Source: Antedon mediterranea
Lineage: Eukaryota > Animalia > Echinodermata
Direction of reading: 5' to 3'
Length of the DNA: 64,000 nt
NCBI RefSeq assembly: GCF_964355755.1
Contig: NC_092680.1
Span: forward strand, 19,291,045 to 19,355,044
In this document: piece after piece, positions 28,501-39,706 of the stretch
Position numbering within the stretch: the first letter of the stretch is position 1
How the letters are laid out: every line of letters starts with the position of its first letter
Notes under the pieces: model-generated
What the model was told of the DNA's origin: nothing
The model's database searches: none
What the model saw: the letters and a program-made list of their open reading frames with translations, nothing else
Program-made: the position numbers and the translations under genes

Positions 28501-31500
28501 ATGGGTTTGTTAGCATAGGCGCATAGAGAGTGGAACTAGCCTTTAGTACGCAGCACTGATTATTTTTTATTTTTAAGTTTATCCTTCCTTATTTTTATAA
28601 TTTATGTCACTAAATCACTTCTGAATGTATGTTTTGTCACTGGTATCTTTATGTTTGACACACTAACACTTTAGCTTCAAACACGACATTGACCACACCA
28701 ACAAAATCAACATTCGTTGACGTTGATGACGCTATTCGCATTACGGGAATACTCTTAGTTCTTCACCAGTTCCAAGCTGTCCTCTACAAGCGATTTAATA
28801 GCGCCAGGCGTGACATTAAAGCATTCTTCTGGAGTATCATCTTCCCGGCTCTGTTGATCGCAGTTGCTCTGCTCATCAAGGATATCCGACCAACAAGAAC
28901 TTTTCCGTCATTGAGGCTTGACCCAGCTATGTTTGAATCACCCAGTTACCTCTTCTTTAGGTGAGATTTTTAAATCAAGTTCCTTGTATTATAACATGTG
29001 ACATTTCAGTTTACGTAACAATGATACAGTATATAAGAAAACATATTAACTGTGTGATTATATATCAATATTATTATAAATGTTATATGTAAATAATATA
29101 TTAACACTTTTCGTTGTGAAATTCTAAACTAAAACCTTTACTTTTGCAGATTAAGATTGTCACTAATTCTTTTTTGTAAACAAATAACCATTATATTATA
29201 GGTTTACATCATTTTCTTTAATAATCAATTATTGTTATTATTTCACAGTAACGGTGACCTTGATGATCCATTTGTAAACAGTATGACTGATAGTCTTGTT
29301 TACAAGCCAGGCATCGGAACTAGCTGCATGACTGACGATATCGACACGTAATACATTTTTTTCATTTGTGCCGTATCATACCTAAAGCCTTGTCTACACT
29401 ATCAAACTTTATGTGTAAAAAAAATTTGATGTGCCCATATATGGATATGATGTCATATCATATATACTACCATATTTAAGCATGGCATATATGGGCATAT
29501 CACACTTTTTTGACACATAAAGTTTGATAGTGAAGTAAAAATAACTTTCAGGCAAGGTATAGTAGGCTAATTTTAGTTTATTTTAGTTCATGAGTTGTAC
29601 TCATTATATGTTATTATGTTATTTTCATTTTATATTTTAACTTTTAAGCTTTGTAATTAAACAAATTATTTTACCATTAGTTCAACATCACATTAATTCG
29701 TAGTTCTTCTATAGAAATGTCTGTCACTTTTTCAACATTAGAAATAATACTATAATAAGAATAATATTTTATTGTAAATATGATGTATCTTTTAGGAGCG
29801 AGTACCCATGTATCATTGGCCAACCACCTGAATTAGCAAGTGAAACAGAAAATAAATTCACCGCCCAGGAACAAGACCGAGATGCACCGCCGTGTTCGTG
29901 CAGTGATGGTCATTCCATATGTCCTAACGGAGCAGGTGGAGCAACGCCCCCATCGTGGCAAACAAACACGACAACTTATTTACAAGATTTGAGTTTTAAG
30001 CAGGATATTAATGAGTATCTGTTACGTACGTCTGGGGATTTTGTTGAAAGGAGGTACAGTAGTTTCAACAATGATTACCCTTAATACTGTTAAATAATTC
30101 AGTAAACTAACGCTGTTGGTTCAAACAGTAATTGGATTGGTATTGTGGACAAGATGTTTGTCCCCAAAAACCTGAAAAATAAGAATTAATAAAATCAGAC
30201 TTTGAATAGGCCATTTTGTAGTTTTAATAAAGTTATTCACTTTTGAAAAAAGAAATAAAAAATAATTATTATTTCACTTATAAAAAGACAAAAGAAACAG
30301 TTAATTTAATTTAGGTATTTTTTGCTTTAAATTACATTTTTTTCAGGAAAATAATTTTTTTTTCCATCCGGTTTTTTTAATTATTATTTTATGAAAATAT
30401 ATGTATAATAAATATATATATCTGAATAAAAAATGATGTTGTAATTTGTTTTTTTATAGGTATATTGGTGTTACCTTTGATGACATCAAAAAGACCACAA
30501 ATGGAATGGAGAATGTAGCCAGGGTATGAGCAATAGTTGGTTTGAAATATTAGGGAACTTTCGGGTTGGGATGACCGACGACCAAACTATGTCATGTCAA
30601 ATCATTGTGCGCATCCAGGAATATTGGGACATTTGTCCTCGCTCCTCACCTCGACACAGGTTTGATGGTCATTATGTCTAGACAATGACCAATGACATAT
30701 CGATTGTCCAGACCTAGGTTGGTCGTCAATTCTCAGTTGTCACAACTAGAAAGCTTTCAAGTATTAATGTTATCTATTATTTTTTATGTAGTAATTGAAT
30801 GTTGTTTTCTGTCTACTACTACTACTACTACTACTGCTACTACTACTTGAAATTAATATAATACTATGTGGACATTCTACTCAATTATTCTCATTACGTT
30901 GTCTAGATGATTTGATTTGTTCCTACTCTACCAACTAAAGCTATGTCTACACTATCAAACATAAAAATGTGATGTGCTCATATATGGACATGATGTAATA
31001 TCACTACCATATTTAAGCTTATAACTACCATATTTGGGCACATCACATGTTTTTCAAACTAGTTTGATAGTGTAGACAGAGCTTTATACATAATATCTTG
31101 ATTTCAGGCTTGGTATGACAACAATGGGTTGCATGCGTTACCAACATCTTTAAATGTGCTCAACAATGTCATATTGAGAGCCAGCTTTCCAAGAAGTACT
31201 GCTCCTACATACGGTAAATTAATATTCCTATTTAATGATACCAAAAATGTAATTTAAATTTCTTTGGACCAAAATATACAAAAAAAAGACCTTATTCTGA
31301 ACAACATTCATCCATATCAACTATTATTATGTATAGGTAGCACGAAAATTGTTATATTTTTTGCTAACTTGGTTTAAATCATGCAAATTCAAGTCGCATG
31401 TAAAAACCACAAAAGAAGTTGAAAATATAAAAGAAAACCTTAATAAAGTATCATATGTGACATTTATATATTGTATGTAGTACCTAAAGCTCTGTATACA

Positions 31501-34500
31501 CTATAAAACTAGTTTGGCAAAAAAAGTGTGATGAAGCCAAATATGGTGGTCATATGTCTAAATATGGAAGTGATATGACATCATCATGTCCATATATGGG
31601 CACATCACATTTTTTTGTCACATAACATTTGATAGTGTAGACAGAGCTTAACTACAAATGAATTTCTTTCTGTAATCATTGCATTTAATGTACTGTGTAT
31701 AAAATTGTTTTGATTTCTTTCTAGGTATAACTGCATACAACCACCCACTCAAGTTTACCAAATCGTATGTTACAGTTGATGCTCTGTGAGTAGAAAATTT
31801 ATTCAGGTTTTTATTTTTGTTGAATTTTAATTGAAGTGCAGTTTTATCAGAAACATGGATTTACTGTATGTCGTTTACAACAAACTCTATAGCTCTGTCT
31901 ACACTATCAAACTTATAGTTTGACAAAGAAAGTGTGATGTGCCCAAATATGGTAATGATATGCCCAAATATGGTAGTAATCTGCCCAAATATGGTAGTAA
32001 TATGACATCATCATGTCCATATATGGGCACATCACAGTTTTTGTCACATAAATTTGATAGTACAGAGCTTTATAGTTTGGTACCACAATATTGATAATCT
32101 GGAGCTTGTTTTACTTCGTGAATAAAGATGTATTCACACATACAGAATGGAAGATCATCTTAAAATGGAACAAGTGTGAATTCAGTCTTACAGAGTTTCT
32201 GACTAGTAATTTGGTACACAACACACACTGTAAAAATACAATTTTGTCAACAAATAGTTAAAATAATTAATGTAATATTGATATTTTAGGCTGGAGGCAG
32301 GCATTAATTATGGCATATCTATGTTGATCCTTTGTGCCTTTTCAATGATCCCAGCGACCTTCATTATGTACCTTGTAAGTGAAAACCTTAGCGGAACCAA
32401 GAGACTTCATTATGTCAGTGGAATGCCTAGGATTGTGTATATCCTCAGCAATATCTTCTGGGATCTTGTGAGTATAATTTCATAATATCTTTCAAATAAG
32501 CCTTTAGTTTTGATTGGACTTAGACAAAGGAAGCATAAATTGTTATCCTAGTTAAAGCTCTGTCTACACACTATCAAATTAGGGCTAGTTTGACAAAAAA
32601 AAAGTGTGATGTGCCTTAATATGGTAGTGATATGTCCAAATATGGTAGTGGTATGACATCATCATATCCATATAGGGGCACATCAACTGTTTTTGTCACA
32701 TAAAGTTTGGTAGTGTAGACAGAGCTTTAGATGAAGACTTTTTCGATTTATTAGTTTTATGTATCATCCTAGTGTAAATGGGCCTTTAGTGTAAGGTAAA
32801 TTTAGAAAGCATAGCAGTCATTTAAGCTTATAAGGAATCTTTATTGGTGCATTATCATTAAGTGAATTAATATATGAATGATGCTTTATTAATGATTTTT
32901 ATGTTTTTCTTTAGTTGTATTACCTGGTACCAGTTGGAATAACACTATTGATTGTGTACCTGTTTGACACCAAATCATTTGCATCTACTGACAACTTGCC
33001 AGCATTTGCTACGTTGTTGGTGCTTTATGGGTAGGTTTTCTAAATATTCTCTGATAAGGAAAGGTGTTTCCCAAAAGCTTGATAGGTTTTTGCCTATGTT
33101 ACTGTAATTCAAATGGAAATAACCTACTAAGCTCTTTAGGCTAGCCTGAAAAATCTTCTATAAGTATATGATTTAATTATCTATTTGTAACCAACAGATG
33201 GGCTGTGATTCCAGTGATGTACATAACTGTACGATTATTCAAAGATTCTGGTACAGCATTTATTACACTGTTTTGTGCCAATATCTTCATTGCTCTTCTC
33301 ACCAATCTTCCGCTGATCATCAAAGAATTGTTTCCAGTAGGTTATTGTATTATTTTCTTTAACCACGTTCTTTCAGCACATTTTATCACAAATTGGTGAT
33401 AGGCAATACAGTAAACAGACCTGTAACCACGTGGTGAAGTTGTCACCTTCATTAACATACTGATAAGAAATATTTTACATCTCTAAAAGACCAGCCTAAT
33501 TTCTTATTTACTTACTAATTATTATTTCCTAAAAAGAACTATAAAATAAATAAATAAAAAATGAATAAAGCTATTCTTAAATCTATTTTGTTAAGCACCC
33601 AAGTATGATGGAATGTCTGGAATATTTGGTCTGCCTAATTTCAAATTCTTACTCATTTCAAACTCTGTAGTTTGATTTTGAATTGTGCCCTGTAATCTCT
33701 GAGGAAATACAAATTGTTTTAGATACCATCTTTGAAATAGCACATATTTTATGATTTTTCAGAATTCTGATCATGAAAACATTTACGAGGAGATCAATCG
33801 CTACAGTCTGATTTTCCCCCAATACTGTTTGGCTGGTGGTTTGACAACCCTCATTTACAATCAAATGGAGGCAGACATGTACACACGATTTGGAATCGAC
33901 ACTTTCCTTGATCCATTCAGTAAAGATATGCTTTTTTGGAACTATGTATCTTTGGCTGCCCAGGGCATGTTTTTCTTGATTATCGCTATCCTGGTAGAAT
34001 ATCTATTTATTTGCAACTGTAACTGTGGGTAAGTTATTAGTTAATTTTAGTGTAAAATTTGAAATATGATATTCATAATTGATCATTGCCTTTATAAAAA
34101 TTGTTTCTAAAGGTCTGTTTACACTATCAAACTAGTTTGACAATAAAAGTGTGATGTGCCCAAATAATATGGTAGTGATATATCGAAATATGGTAGTGAT
34201 ATGCCCAAATATAGTAGTGATATGACATCATATGGTAGTGATATTCCCAAGTATGGTAGTGATATGACATCATCATGTCCATATAGGGGCACATCAAATG
34301 TTTTTTTGACATAAAGTTTGATAGTTTAGACAGAGCTTTAGATGAAGACTTTTTCGATTCATATAGTTATATGGTCATATGGTAGTAATATTCCCAAGTA
34401 TGGTAGTATATGGTAATGTCCATATATGGGCACATCACATTTTTTTGTTACACATAGAGAGCTATTGCTTCATAACAACCGTTTTTTTTTTCTTACATTT

Positions 34501-37500
34501 TACTTTTAGTAAAAGATGCATGACAGATACTTCATTAACTGGTGAGGACGAAGATGTGAGGCTTGAAAGGGAGCGAGTTATGAGTGGTGCCGCCAACGAT
34601 GCTATGGTTAAGGTTAAAAATCTCAAAAAGGTACTTAATTAAAATAATAATAGTGTACATATCACTGTGCACCCATATATATCATTAAAAACGAATATGA
34701 AATTTTAATCAAAATAGCTGAAAAATGTCAAATCTGGCCGACAGTATAAGTATATTTTAAGCAGTTATTAATTAAATGCAATCAGATATGTAAATAATTA
34801 TATAATATGTTTACATTTCTTTGGTATGTTTGTTTCTTAGGTTTATCGAACTGGTGGAAACAAAATTGTTGCAGTTGATAGCTTATGTGTAGGAATACAA
34901 AAGGGAGAGGTAATTTGCTTGTGCAATAATTTTTGTGGCTATAAAATCAAGGCCATATACAGTACATTGTTGCAGCAGGGTATTTTATTTTACAACTCCC
35001 TGGTTGCAGTCACTTGCTCAAATTTGAGTTAGTGTTAACCGACCAACATAATGAACTGTAGAGTTGTATCTGCACGCTACTAAAAATACAATATGAAACA
35101 AATGCAATATAATAGTTAGTCTTTTACATAAATTTGACCAGATTTTAAAAATCAAATAAACTATAATATGAGAAAGTAATACATTAATCTACTATCTGCA
35201 TATCTGTGTTGAATAATGATAGTGTATACAGTTTCAATGAAGAATGTCACATTATACCTATATATAACATTCTTCTTGTTGTAGTGTTTCGGACTATTGG
35301 GTGTAAATGGAGCTGGTAAGACTACTACATTTAAGATATTGACAGGCGATATAGAACCAACGGCTGGTAAAGTCAGCATCAACAAAAAAAGCAGGTATGA
35401 TTATATGAAAACTCCAGTGAACATCTGTTTATGTTACCGTAGTACAGTCATTTAAGTTGACACTTTCCCTTGAAATGAACGAGGTAGCTGAGTAGTATTA
35501 GGATGCCTGACTATCATACAGAAAGACCCAGGTTCAATTCCTGATAAGAACTCTCAGTACACTCTGTAAATGAGTACCTGGTTTGAAAAAGGATGAAGGC
35601 AGCTTGGAAAAGAACTGGCCACCCTACCACATAATGCTGATATTTAGTACAATGAGCTCCTAACAGCTCATTCTTCTACGTTCAGAATAAATATGGGACA
35701 CACTTTTATCATCATTGTAGTTTTGTTGATAACTTTCTAGGGAATGTCATAGGTTGTCTTACAGCAGTAGATTACATATTTTATCTTATGTCTTTAGGCA
35801 CATGTGGCCAAGGATTACCAATAGTAAATTAATCACTGTCCTATCAGATAGGTGGTAATCCCCCTGATGCAGGGGCTATTTTGCAAACCAGTTCACCGGG
35901 GTAACCCCCAATTGGTCTCGAATGATGAACTGGGTTCTTTAAAGTGCACACGGGTTATAACTGTATACACTGGAACTACAGTTTATAGTCCGGGAAAACT
36001 TGTTCCAGCACCAGAACTAGGAGCGAGTCGGCCTCGAACCCTTGCCAATATTGTTGGCTCTTTAGGTGCGGGAAAGGACGCCCCTGCCTTAACCGCTCAG
36101 CCATTTGACTTGCTCGTAACATTCTTGACACAGATTTTATTTATATTTGAAAATATGTATTTAGAATTGGATATTGTCCTCAAAAAGATGCTGTTTGTGA
36201 TTTGACAACTGGAAAAGAGATGCTGGTGTGTTATGGGTTGATCAAAGGAATGTCATCAAAAGAAATCAAAAAGGTAAATGTTCTCTCTTAAGCTCTGTAA
36301 ATTAGTCTTGGAATATCAGAACCATAATGCCCAAGAGAAAATGAAATTAGAAACATTTTAATGCATTTTTTAATAATAATTTAGGCATAATTAGCACAAT
36401 AATTTATTGTTTTCATATTCCGTTATGGTAATTACTTTATTCCTATATACCATTTATTATTATTTACTAATTTGATTTTAGTTCTCGTCATGAATTTTGT
36501 ATTATATTATTTATTTTGTATATTATGAAGGAAATAAATGTTACTATGAAATGAAATAAAAAATGAAATAATACTAGTCTAAAAATATCGATAACCATAA
36601 TGCTTTGTTAAAGATTGAATAAATAGACTCTGCATTAAATCGCAAAGACCTTTATGCCCAAATATACAGATACAGATCTTTTATTGTCATACAAACCAAA
36701 CCAGAAATAAACCAAAACGAAAGGAAATCTATTTTCCCTGAGTAAAAATTTGCTCTGTTGAAATGTTTCTGGATTTTTTTGGATACAGATCTTTTATTGT
36801 CATACAAACCAACATAGTACAGTATGAAATTTTTCTTGTGGGGAAAAAGAATACACTTAATTACAACGTTACAACGCATGCAAAATACAATAACATTATC
36901 AACAATGTATATATTAATAATCTTATCTAAGTTATATGGACATGATGATATCATATTACTAGCATATTTGGCCACATCACACTTTTTTTGTCACATAAAG
37001 TTAGACAGAGCTTTAAAGGGTAAACATACTATGTGTGCATAGGGCCTATTCTCAAACCCATGATGATGTCATATTACTACCATATTTGGGCACATCACAC
37101 TTTTTTTGTCACATAAAGTTAGACATAGCTTTAAGGGGTAAACATACTATGTGTGCATGGTAGGGCCTATTCTCAAACCCATGATGATGTCATATTACTA
37201 CCATATTTGGGCACAGCACACTTTTTTTGTCACATAAAGTTAGACATAGCTTTAAGGGGTAAACATACTGTAATGTGTGCATAGTATGCTCATGATGATG
37301 TCAAATTACTACCATATTTGGGTACACATCACATTTTTTTGTCAAATAAGTTTGATAGTGTAGACAGAGCTTTAGGAGTTGAATTAAACAATTCTTGTAT
37401 TTTTAGGTTGTTCCAGTCATCACAAGAAGACTGGGAATGGATAATTACATCAATAGACAAGTCAATACATACAGTGGGGGTATGAAGAGATCACTGTCAA

Positions 37501-39706
37501 CTGCTATATCTCTTATTGGAAACCCAAATATTGTATTTTTGGTAAGTGATGTTTAATGTTTAATTAGACCCATTCTACCATCACATTTACAGTAGGCTTA
37601 TTTTCACTCTTACTAGGCTAGCCTACTCACTGCAATATTATGCATGATGCTAGAAGCTGTTTCTTCCAATTTCCAAACCTCTCCAAATGCAGTTGTAGTT
37701 TTCCTACAGTATACCAATTGTACAATATAAATGTAGGATCTTAAGAACCCATATGTTTAACTTCATAGTTGAATGGCTTATCTCTGTTCTCTTAGGATGA
37801 ACCTACAACTGGTATGGACCCAGGCAGTCGACGCAAGGTTTGGAAGATGATCAGTAGTGAATTGAAAGCAGGAAAATCTGTCGTACTTACCTCACATAGG
37901 TTAGTGTCTTATCTCACTATTGAATGAAATAAAGAAAACTAAAATCCAAATGATATACAGAAAAAGTATATTATGTGCTTCTGTGAAAAAGTACTTAGGT
38001 ATTTGTCATTGTTTTTGTTTTCATATGCAGTACTCACATATAACACCTAAGTATAGATTCTTGTCTCATTTGATGGGAGGATTGTGGGTCATGTGATATT
38101 CAATAAACAATCCATTTATTCATTCAATCTTTTATTTCCTAATCTCTGGTCCATTGAAAGTAACATTACGTAAATATAAAAAAAAAATAAACTGTACTAC
38201 TTTCTATAAGATTCACTCTCATCTCAGAATGGTATGTAATACCTACTAAAGATCATCTTTTACTTATATAAGACTTTATCTATTATATGTTGACTTTTCA
38301 TGCCATATATTGATTTTCATAATAATTCATAAAAGACATTCAACATTAAACTCATGCCACATCAACAGTGCATTTTTCGTTAAATTCGACTGCAAATTTG
38401 TTGCAATGCGTTTGCCTATGAAAATAGAGCATTTCCTCTTTCACCTCATGGAAATATTGGTACCATTGCACTCATCAAACATTCATTGTTTGTCACTAGC
38501 ATGGAAGAATGTGAAGCTCTTTGTACCCGTTTAGCAATCATGGTTAACGGTAAATTCAAGTGTATCGGAAGTCCACAACACGTGAAGAGTCGGTTTGGTG
38601 ATAATTTTACAATAATCATTCGTGGAACTGATGAACAGGCTGTTCGACAAATAACAGCATACTTCATTCAACATTACCCAACTGCTGTCCTGAAGGTACG
38701 CTATTTTAGAAAGCATTTTTTATTTTTTTGAGTAATATCGGAAAATATGAATTGTTATAAAATTTTACCCAATTTGAAGAAATTACCGGAAATAAATCTG
38801 AAATATTTCAGTTTTGTTTTTCAGGAATGTCATTTGAATTTAGTTCAGTACGAACTTCCAATGAAGAGCGCCACACTTGCAGATATCTTTGGAAAACTTG
38901 AACACAATAAAAGAGCGCTTATGATTGAAGATTACTCGGTGACACAAACCAGTCTTGAACAAGTAAGTGCCCAGTTTTTAATGTTTTATTTTCTCAATTC
39001 TACTGACATTTTTTATTCAAAGATCAAAAGACAAAATAATACATTATAAAATAAAATATTACAAAACAGGCAAATGAAACGGGATACAAAATAAACACGA
39101 ATACTTTAAAAAATAAAATGTAGATTTATACAAAAAAATAAAAGCTTAAAAGCAACAAAAGAAAATAAAATGATTTTTAAGTAATGTTAACTGTTTCTAA
39201 TCTTAATAAGTTTCAAAAATAAAATTTTGTACAAAATATCTTGTTTTAACAAAGGGTATCATCTAATTAGGTAAATTACCTACTTAGCCGCAAAATTTCT
39301 CTGCATTTTATCAAATTTTGGTGAACCATACTTTATTCTTTATATTTGAAATGCATTGAATGTTTCAATATCATTTAATTTCTTCAGTCTATCTATCTAT
39401 ATATTTCATGTTGACATATCTTCGTTTATCTCTTTCTCCCACAAAAATTTCTTTCGTTGTACCTCCTTTTCATCTTCACTTATTACTTATGATCTATCCA
39501 TTTAATTTTTCTACCTTACATTTTATTTATCAATATTATTTTCCTATTTACTTTTCTTATTACTTGTAAAATTGGTACTATAAATATATATAAATAAATT
39601 GTATTTGCAGGTCTTCCTTAACTTTGCTAGCAAACAGACTGATGGTATTGAAGAACCTAGTGCCAACGTGTACGATAACTTTGCAGTTGAAGCTGAAAAT
39701 GTTTAG
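1..39706 (+). CDS. ABCA: ABC transporter subfamily A (full transporter, ABCA1/4/7/12/13 group), multi-exon, 5' end lies outside the window
   Basis: About 58 GT-AG exons join in frame: 1-111, 655-849, 1536-1711, 2024-2146, 2625-2752, 2951-3072, 3630-3824, 4440-4645, 5525-5647, 6047-6177, 6378-6514, 6816-7016, 7982-8181, 8667-8776, 9005-9135, 9529-9717, 9947-10140, 10713-10840, 11246-11367, 13461-13667, 13999-14329, 14856-14936, 15292-15434, 15749-15859, 16388-16640, 17012-17120, 17574-17750, 18145-18259, 18973-19163, 20821-20959, 21162-21366, 21845-21970, 22339-22513, 22853-22984, 23734-23814, 24401-24597, 25079-25453, 25962-26173, 26476-26626, 28675-28960, 29249-29347, 29796-30053, 30460-30523, 31108-31213, 31725-31785, 32290-32467, 32915-33030, 33198-33336, 33763-34028, 34510-34630, 34841-34909, 35285-35394, 36165-36273, 37407-37541, 37796-37899, 38500-38695, 38825-38962, 39611-39706 (TAG). 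ABCA hallmarks: [55 protein letters not shown], two NBDs, VFLNFA. The exact orthologue cannot be determined here. Confidence 0.96.
247..380. mobile_element. MITE family M1 (about 130-230 bp, ~23 bp TIR AGCTCTGTCTACACTATCAAACT), first copy
   Basis: TIR pair AGCTATGTCTACACTATCAA ... TTTGATAGTGTAGACA. About 20 copies in the window (approximate): 3122-3223, 8469-8619, 9330-9473, 13259-13388, 15586-15625, 20995-21050, 23568-23693, 26225-26364, 29384-29533, 30937-31086, 31486-31650, 31890-32072, 32553-32729, 34109-34340, 34380-34460, 36930-37373, 50409-50565, 51490-51618, 55314-55455, 57976-58138. TAA/TTA flanks suggest PIF/Harbinger (inference). Confidence 0.85.
862..1120. repeat. Interspersed repeat, second copy at about 30150-30390 (probable non-autonomous DNA transposon)
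   Basis: Both sites share GATGT(A)TTGTCCCCAAAAAC.TGAAAAAT..GA.TTAATAAAATCA.ACTTTGAATAGGCCATTTT...TTATTCACTT...TTTCACTTA.AAAAGACAAA. Confidence 0.7.
3882..4190 (+). mobile_element. tRNA-derived SINE with Deu/Nin-type central domain
   Basis: A-box head GAGTGGCCAGGCGGTTAAG; core TCTTCTCGGATAAGG.CTATAAACC.TAGGTCC...GCACTTTAAAGAACC...TTCGAGACGAGTA.GGG. Near-identical copies at 4760-5180 and 7190-7588, degenerate copies at about 1213-1400 and 35870-36110 (-). Confidence 0.8.
4760..5180 (+). mobile_element. Same Deu/Nin-type SINE, interrupted by an inverted retroposon tail at about 4794-4930
   Basis: Head GTGGCTGAGCGGTTAAGACAGTGGAACC resumes as TAATTACGTAGCCATAACA at about 4932. Confidence 0.78.
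7190..7588 (+). mobile_element. Near full-length Deu/Nin-type SINE with L2-like 3' tail
   Basis: Head GAGTGGCCGAGCGGTTAAGAC, central domain, then TGTGCAGCGCATTGAG...ATGCGCTATATAAGAATGAAATATTATTATTA. Confidence 0.8.
10300..10560 (+). mobile_element. tRNA-derived SINE with CORE-like central segment (degenerate)
   Basis: A box TGGCGTAGTG, B-like GAGTTTGATTCC, then TCCTTAGGCAAGATACTTTAC...TGCCTCTCGCGACCCAGATGTATAAATGGGTACC. Confidence 0.6.
11492..13028 (+). mobile_element. Non-autonomous Helitron/Helentron-like element (about 1.5 kb)
   Basis: Ends in a perfect 13-bp stem CTAGATGGTACGC/GCGTACCATCTAG followed by T (12991-13028). Short inverted pair TGCCCACAG (about 11537) and CTGTGGGCA (about 12978). 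The 5' boundary is approximate. Confidence 0.55.
18145..21970 (+). CDS. ABCA transmembrane domain 1 exons (TM2-TM6)
   Basis: Hydrophobic exons: [83 protein letters not shown]. Confidence 0.9.
18678..18802. mobile_element. hAT-type MITE (125 bp)
   Basis: TIR CAGTGGCGTAAC / GTTACACCACTG; 8-bp TSD CAAGTGCG / CATGTGCG (1 mismatch). Confidence 0.75.
19476..19516. repeat. (ATT)n microsatellite; others are (AATGT)n at ~2206-2231, (ATT)n at ~2350-2378, (TG)n at ~18311-18330 and (CTA)n at ~30814-30847
   Basis: Read directly from the sequence. Confidence 0.9.
19727..20625. mobile_element. Long-TIR non-autonomous DNA transposon (899 bp)
   Basis: About 300-bp imperfect TIRs starting GGCGCTAGTTCCGTTT.GCACCTGT; perfect 8-bp TSD AAAGTTTC at 19719-19726 and 20626-20633; no ORF. 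Confidence 0.9.
21412..21555. repeat. pogo/Tigger-like MITE remnant; related pieces at about 5335-5470, 23420-23520 and 59800-59872
   Basis: TA|CAGTAGAAC terminus with GGGACAC / GTCCCCTTAATAG / TGTCCC motifs recurring. Confidence 0.5.
22339..25453 (+). CDS. ABCA nucleotide-binding domain 1 exons
   Basis: Walker [10 protein letters not shown] (22339-22513), Q-loop GFCPQHD (22853-22984), signature LSGGMKRKL and Walker [11 protein letters not shown] (24401-24597), H-loop CTHFMDEAD (25079-25453). Confidence 0.97.
23020..23138 (+). pseudogene. 5S rRNA-derived sequence (head of a composite SINE)
   Basis: TACGGCCATACTGCGTTGAAACACCGGTTCTCGTCAGATCACCGAAGTTAAGCAACGTTGGGCCCGGTTGCGTTCTGGATGGGAGACCGTCTAG...CGGGTGCTGTA aligns along the whole metazoan 5S rRNA; there is no oligo-T terminator. 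Confidence 0.88.
23020..23365 (+). mobile_element. Composite 5S + tRNA + CORE-like SINE with (ATACAAA)n tail
   Basis: 5S head, then a tRNA-like part (TAGTGTAATGG, GGGTTCGAGG), then GCATCCTTAGGCAAGATGCTTTACTCTCATTGCCT, then 4 copies of ATACAAA at about 23337-23364. Confidence 0.8.
23568..23693. mobile_element. M1 MITE copy with TAA target duplication
   Basis: TAA|AGCTCTGTCTACAC ... GTGTAGACAGAGCT|TAA. Confidence 0.85.
24060..24370 (+). mobile_element. Penelope-like element pLTR fragment
   Basis: Carries the hammerhead motif after a (TA)n run; ends are inverted (AATAATCAAAAATCCA at about 24075 versus TGGATTTTTATTTATT at about 24345). Confidence 0.55.
24184..24224 (+). ncRNA. Minimal type I hammerhead ribozyme motif (Penelope-type)
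   Basis: TTGCA-CTGATGA-A-GGGC-TAGTGTT-GCCC-GAAA-GCTC-TGCTA: core boxes CUGAUGA and GAAA, 4-bp stem II, palindromic AGCT in place of stem III, short stem I GCA/TGC. Confidence 0.75.
28424..28545. repeat. Small palindromic MITE-like element
   Basis: GTTCCCACTAGCTATGCGTCTATGCTAA pairs with TTAGCATAGGCGCATAGAGAGTGGAAC; the terminus resembles the element at 61722. Confidence 0.55.
28675..34028 (+). CDS. ABCA TMD2 and extracellular domain 2 exons
   Basis: [81 protein letters not shown]. Confidence 0.92.
31486..31650. mobile_element. M1 MITE, full copy
   Basis: TAA|AGCTCTGTATACACTAT ... ATAGTGTAGACAGAGCT|TAA. Confidence 0.88.
34510..39706 (+). CDS. ABCA nucleotide-binding domain 2 and C-terminal regulatory exons
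   Basis: [81 protein letters not shown], stop at 39704-39706. Confidence 0.97.
35478..35705 (+). mobile_element. Degenerate tRNA-derived SINE (different family)
   Basis: GGTAGCTGAGTAGT A box, GGTTCAATTCC B box, CTGTAAATGAGTACCTGG, ACTGGCCACCCTACC. Confidence 0.55.
35870..36110 (-). mobile_element. Deu/Nin-type SINE, reverse-strand degenerate copy
   Basis: CCGGGGTAACCCC...TCTCGAA...GGTTCTTTAAAGTGCAC...TGTATACACTGGA...TTTATAGTC...CTTAACCGCTCAGCCA is the reverse complement of the family. Confidence 0.7.
36930..37373. repeat. Tandem array (about 3.5 x 120 bp) made of half an M1 MITE plus flank
   Basis: Unit CATGATGATGTCATATTACTACCATATTTGGGCAC...GTCACATAAAGTTAGACATAGCTTTAAGGGGTAAACATACT recurs at about 36941, 37059, 37180 and 37291. 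Confidence 0.85.

Noticed and set aside
9943-38716. Antisense ORFs over ABCA exons (9943, 14049, 21849, 35161, 38446, 38531)
   Set aside because: They are shadows of the coding strand with no independent motifs
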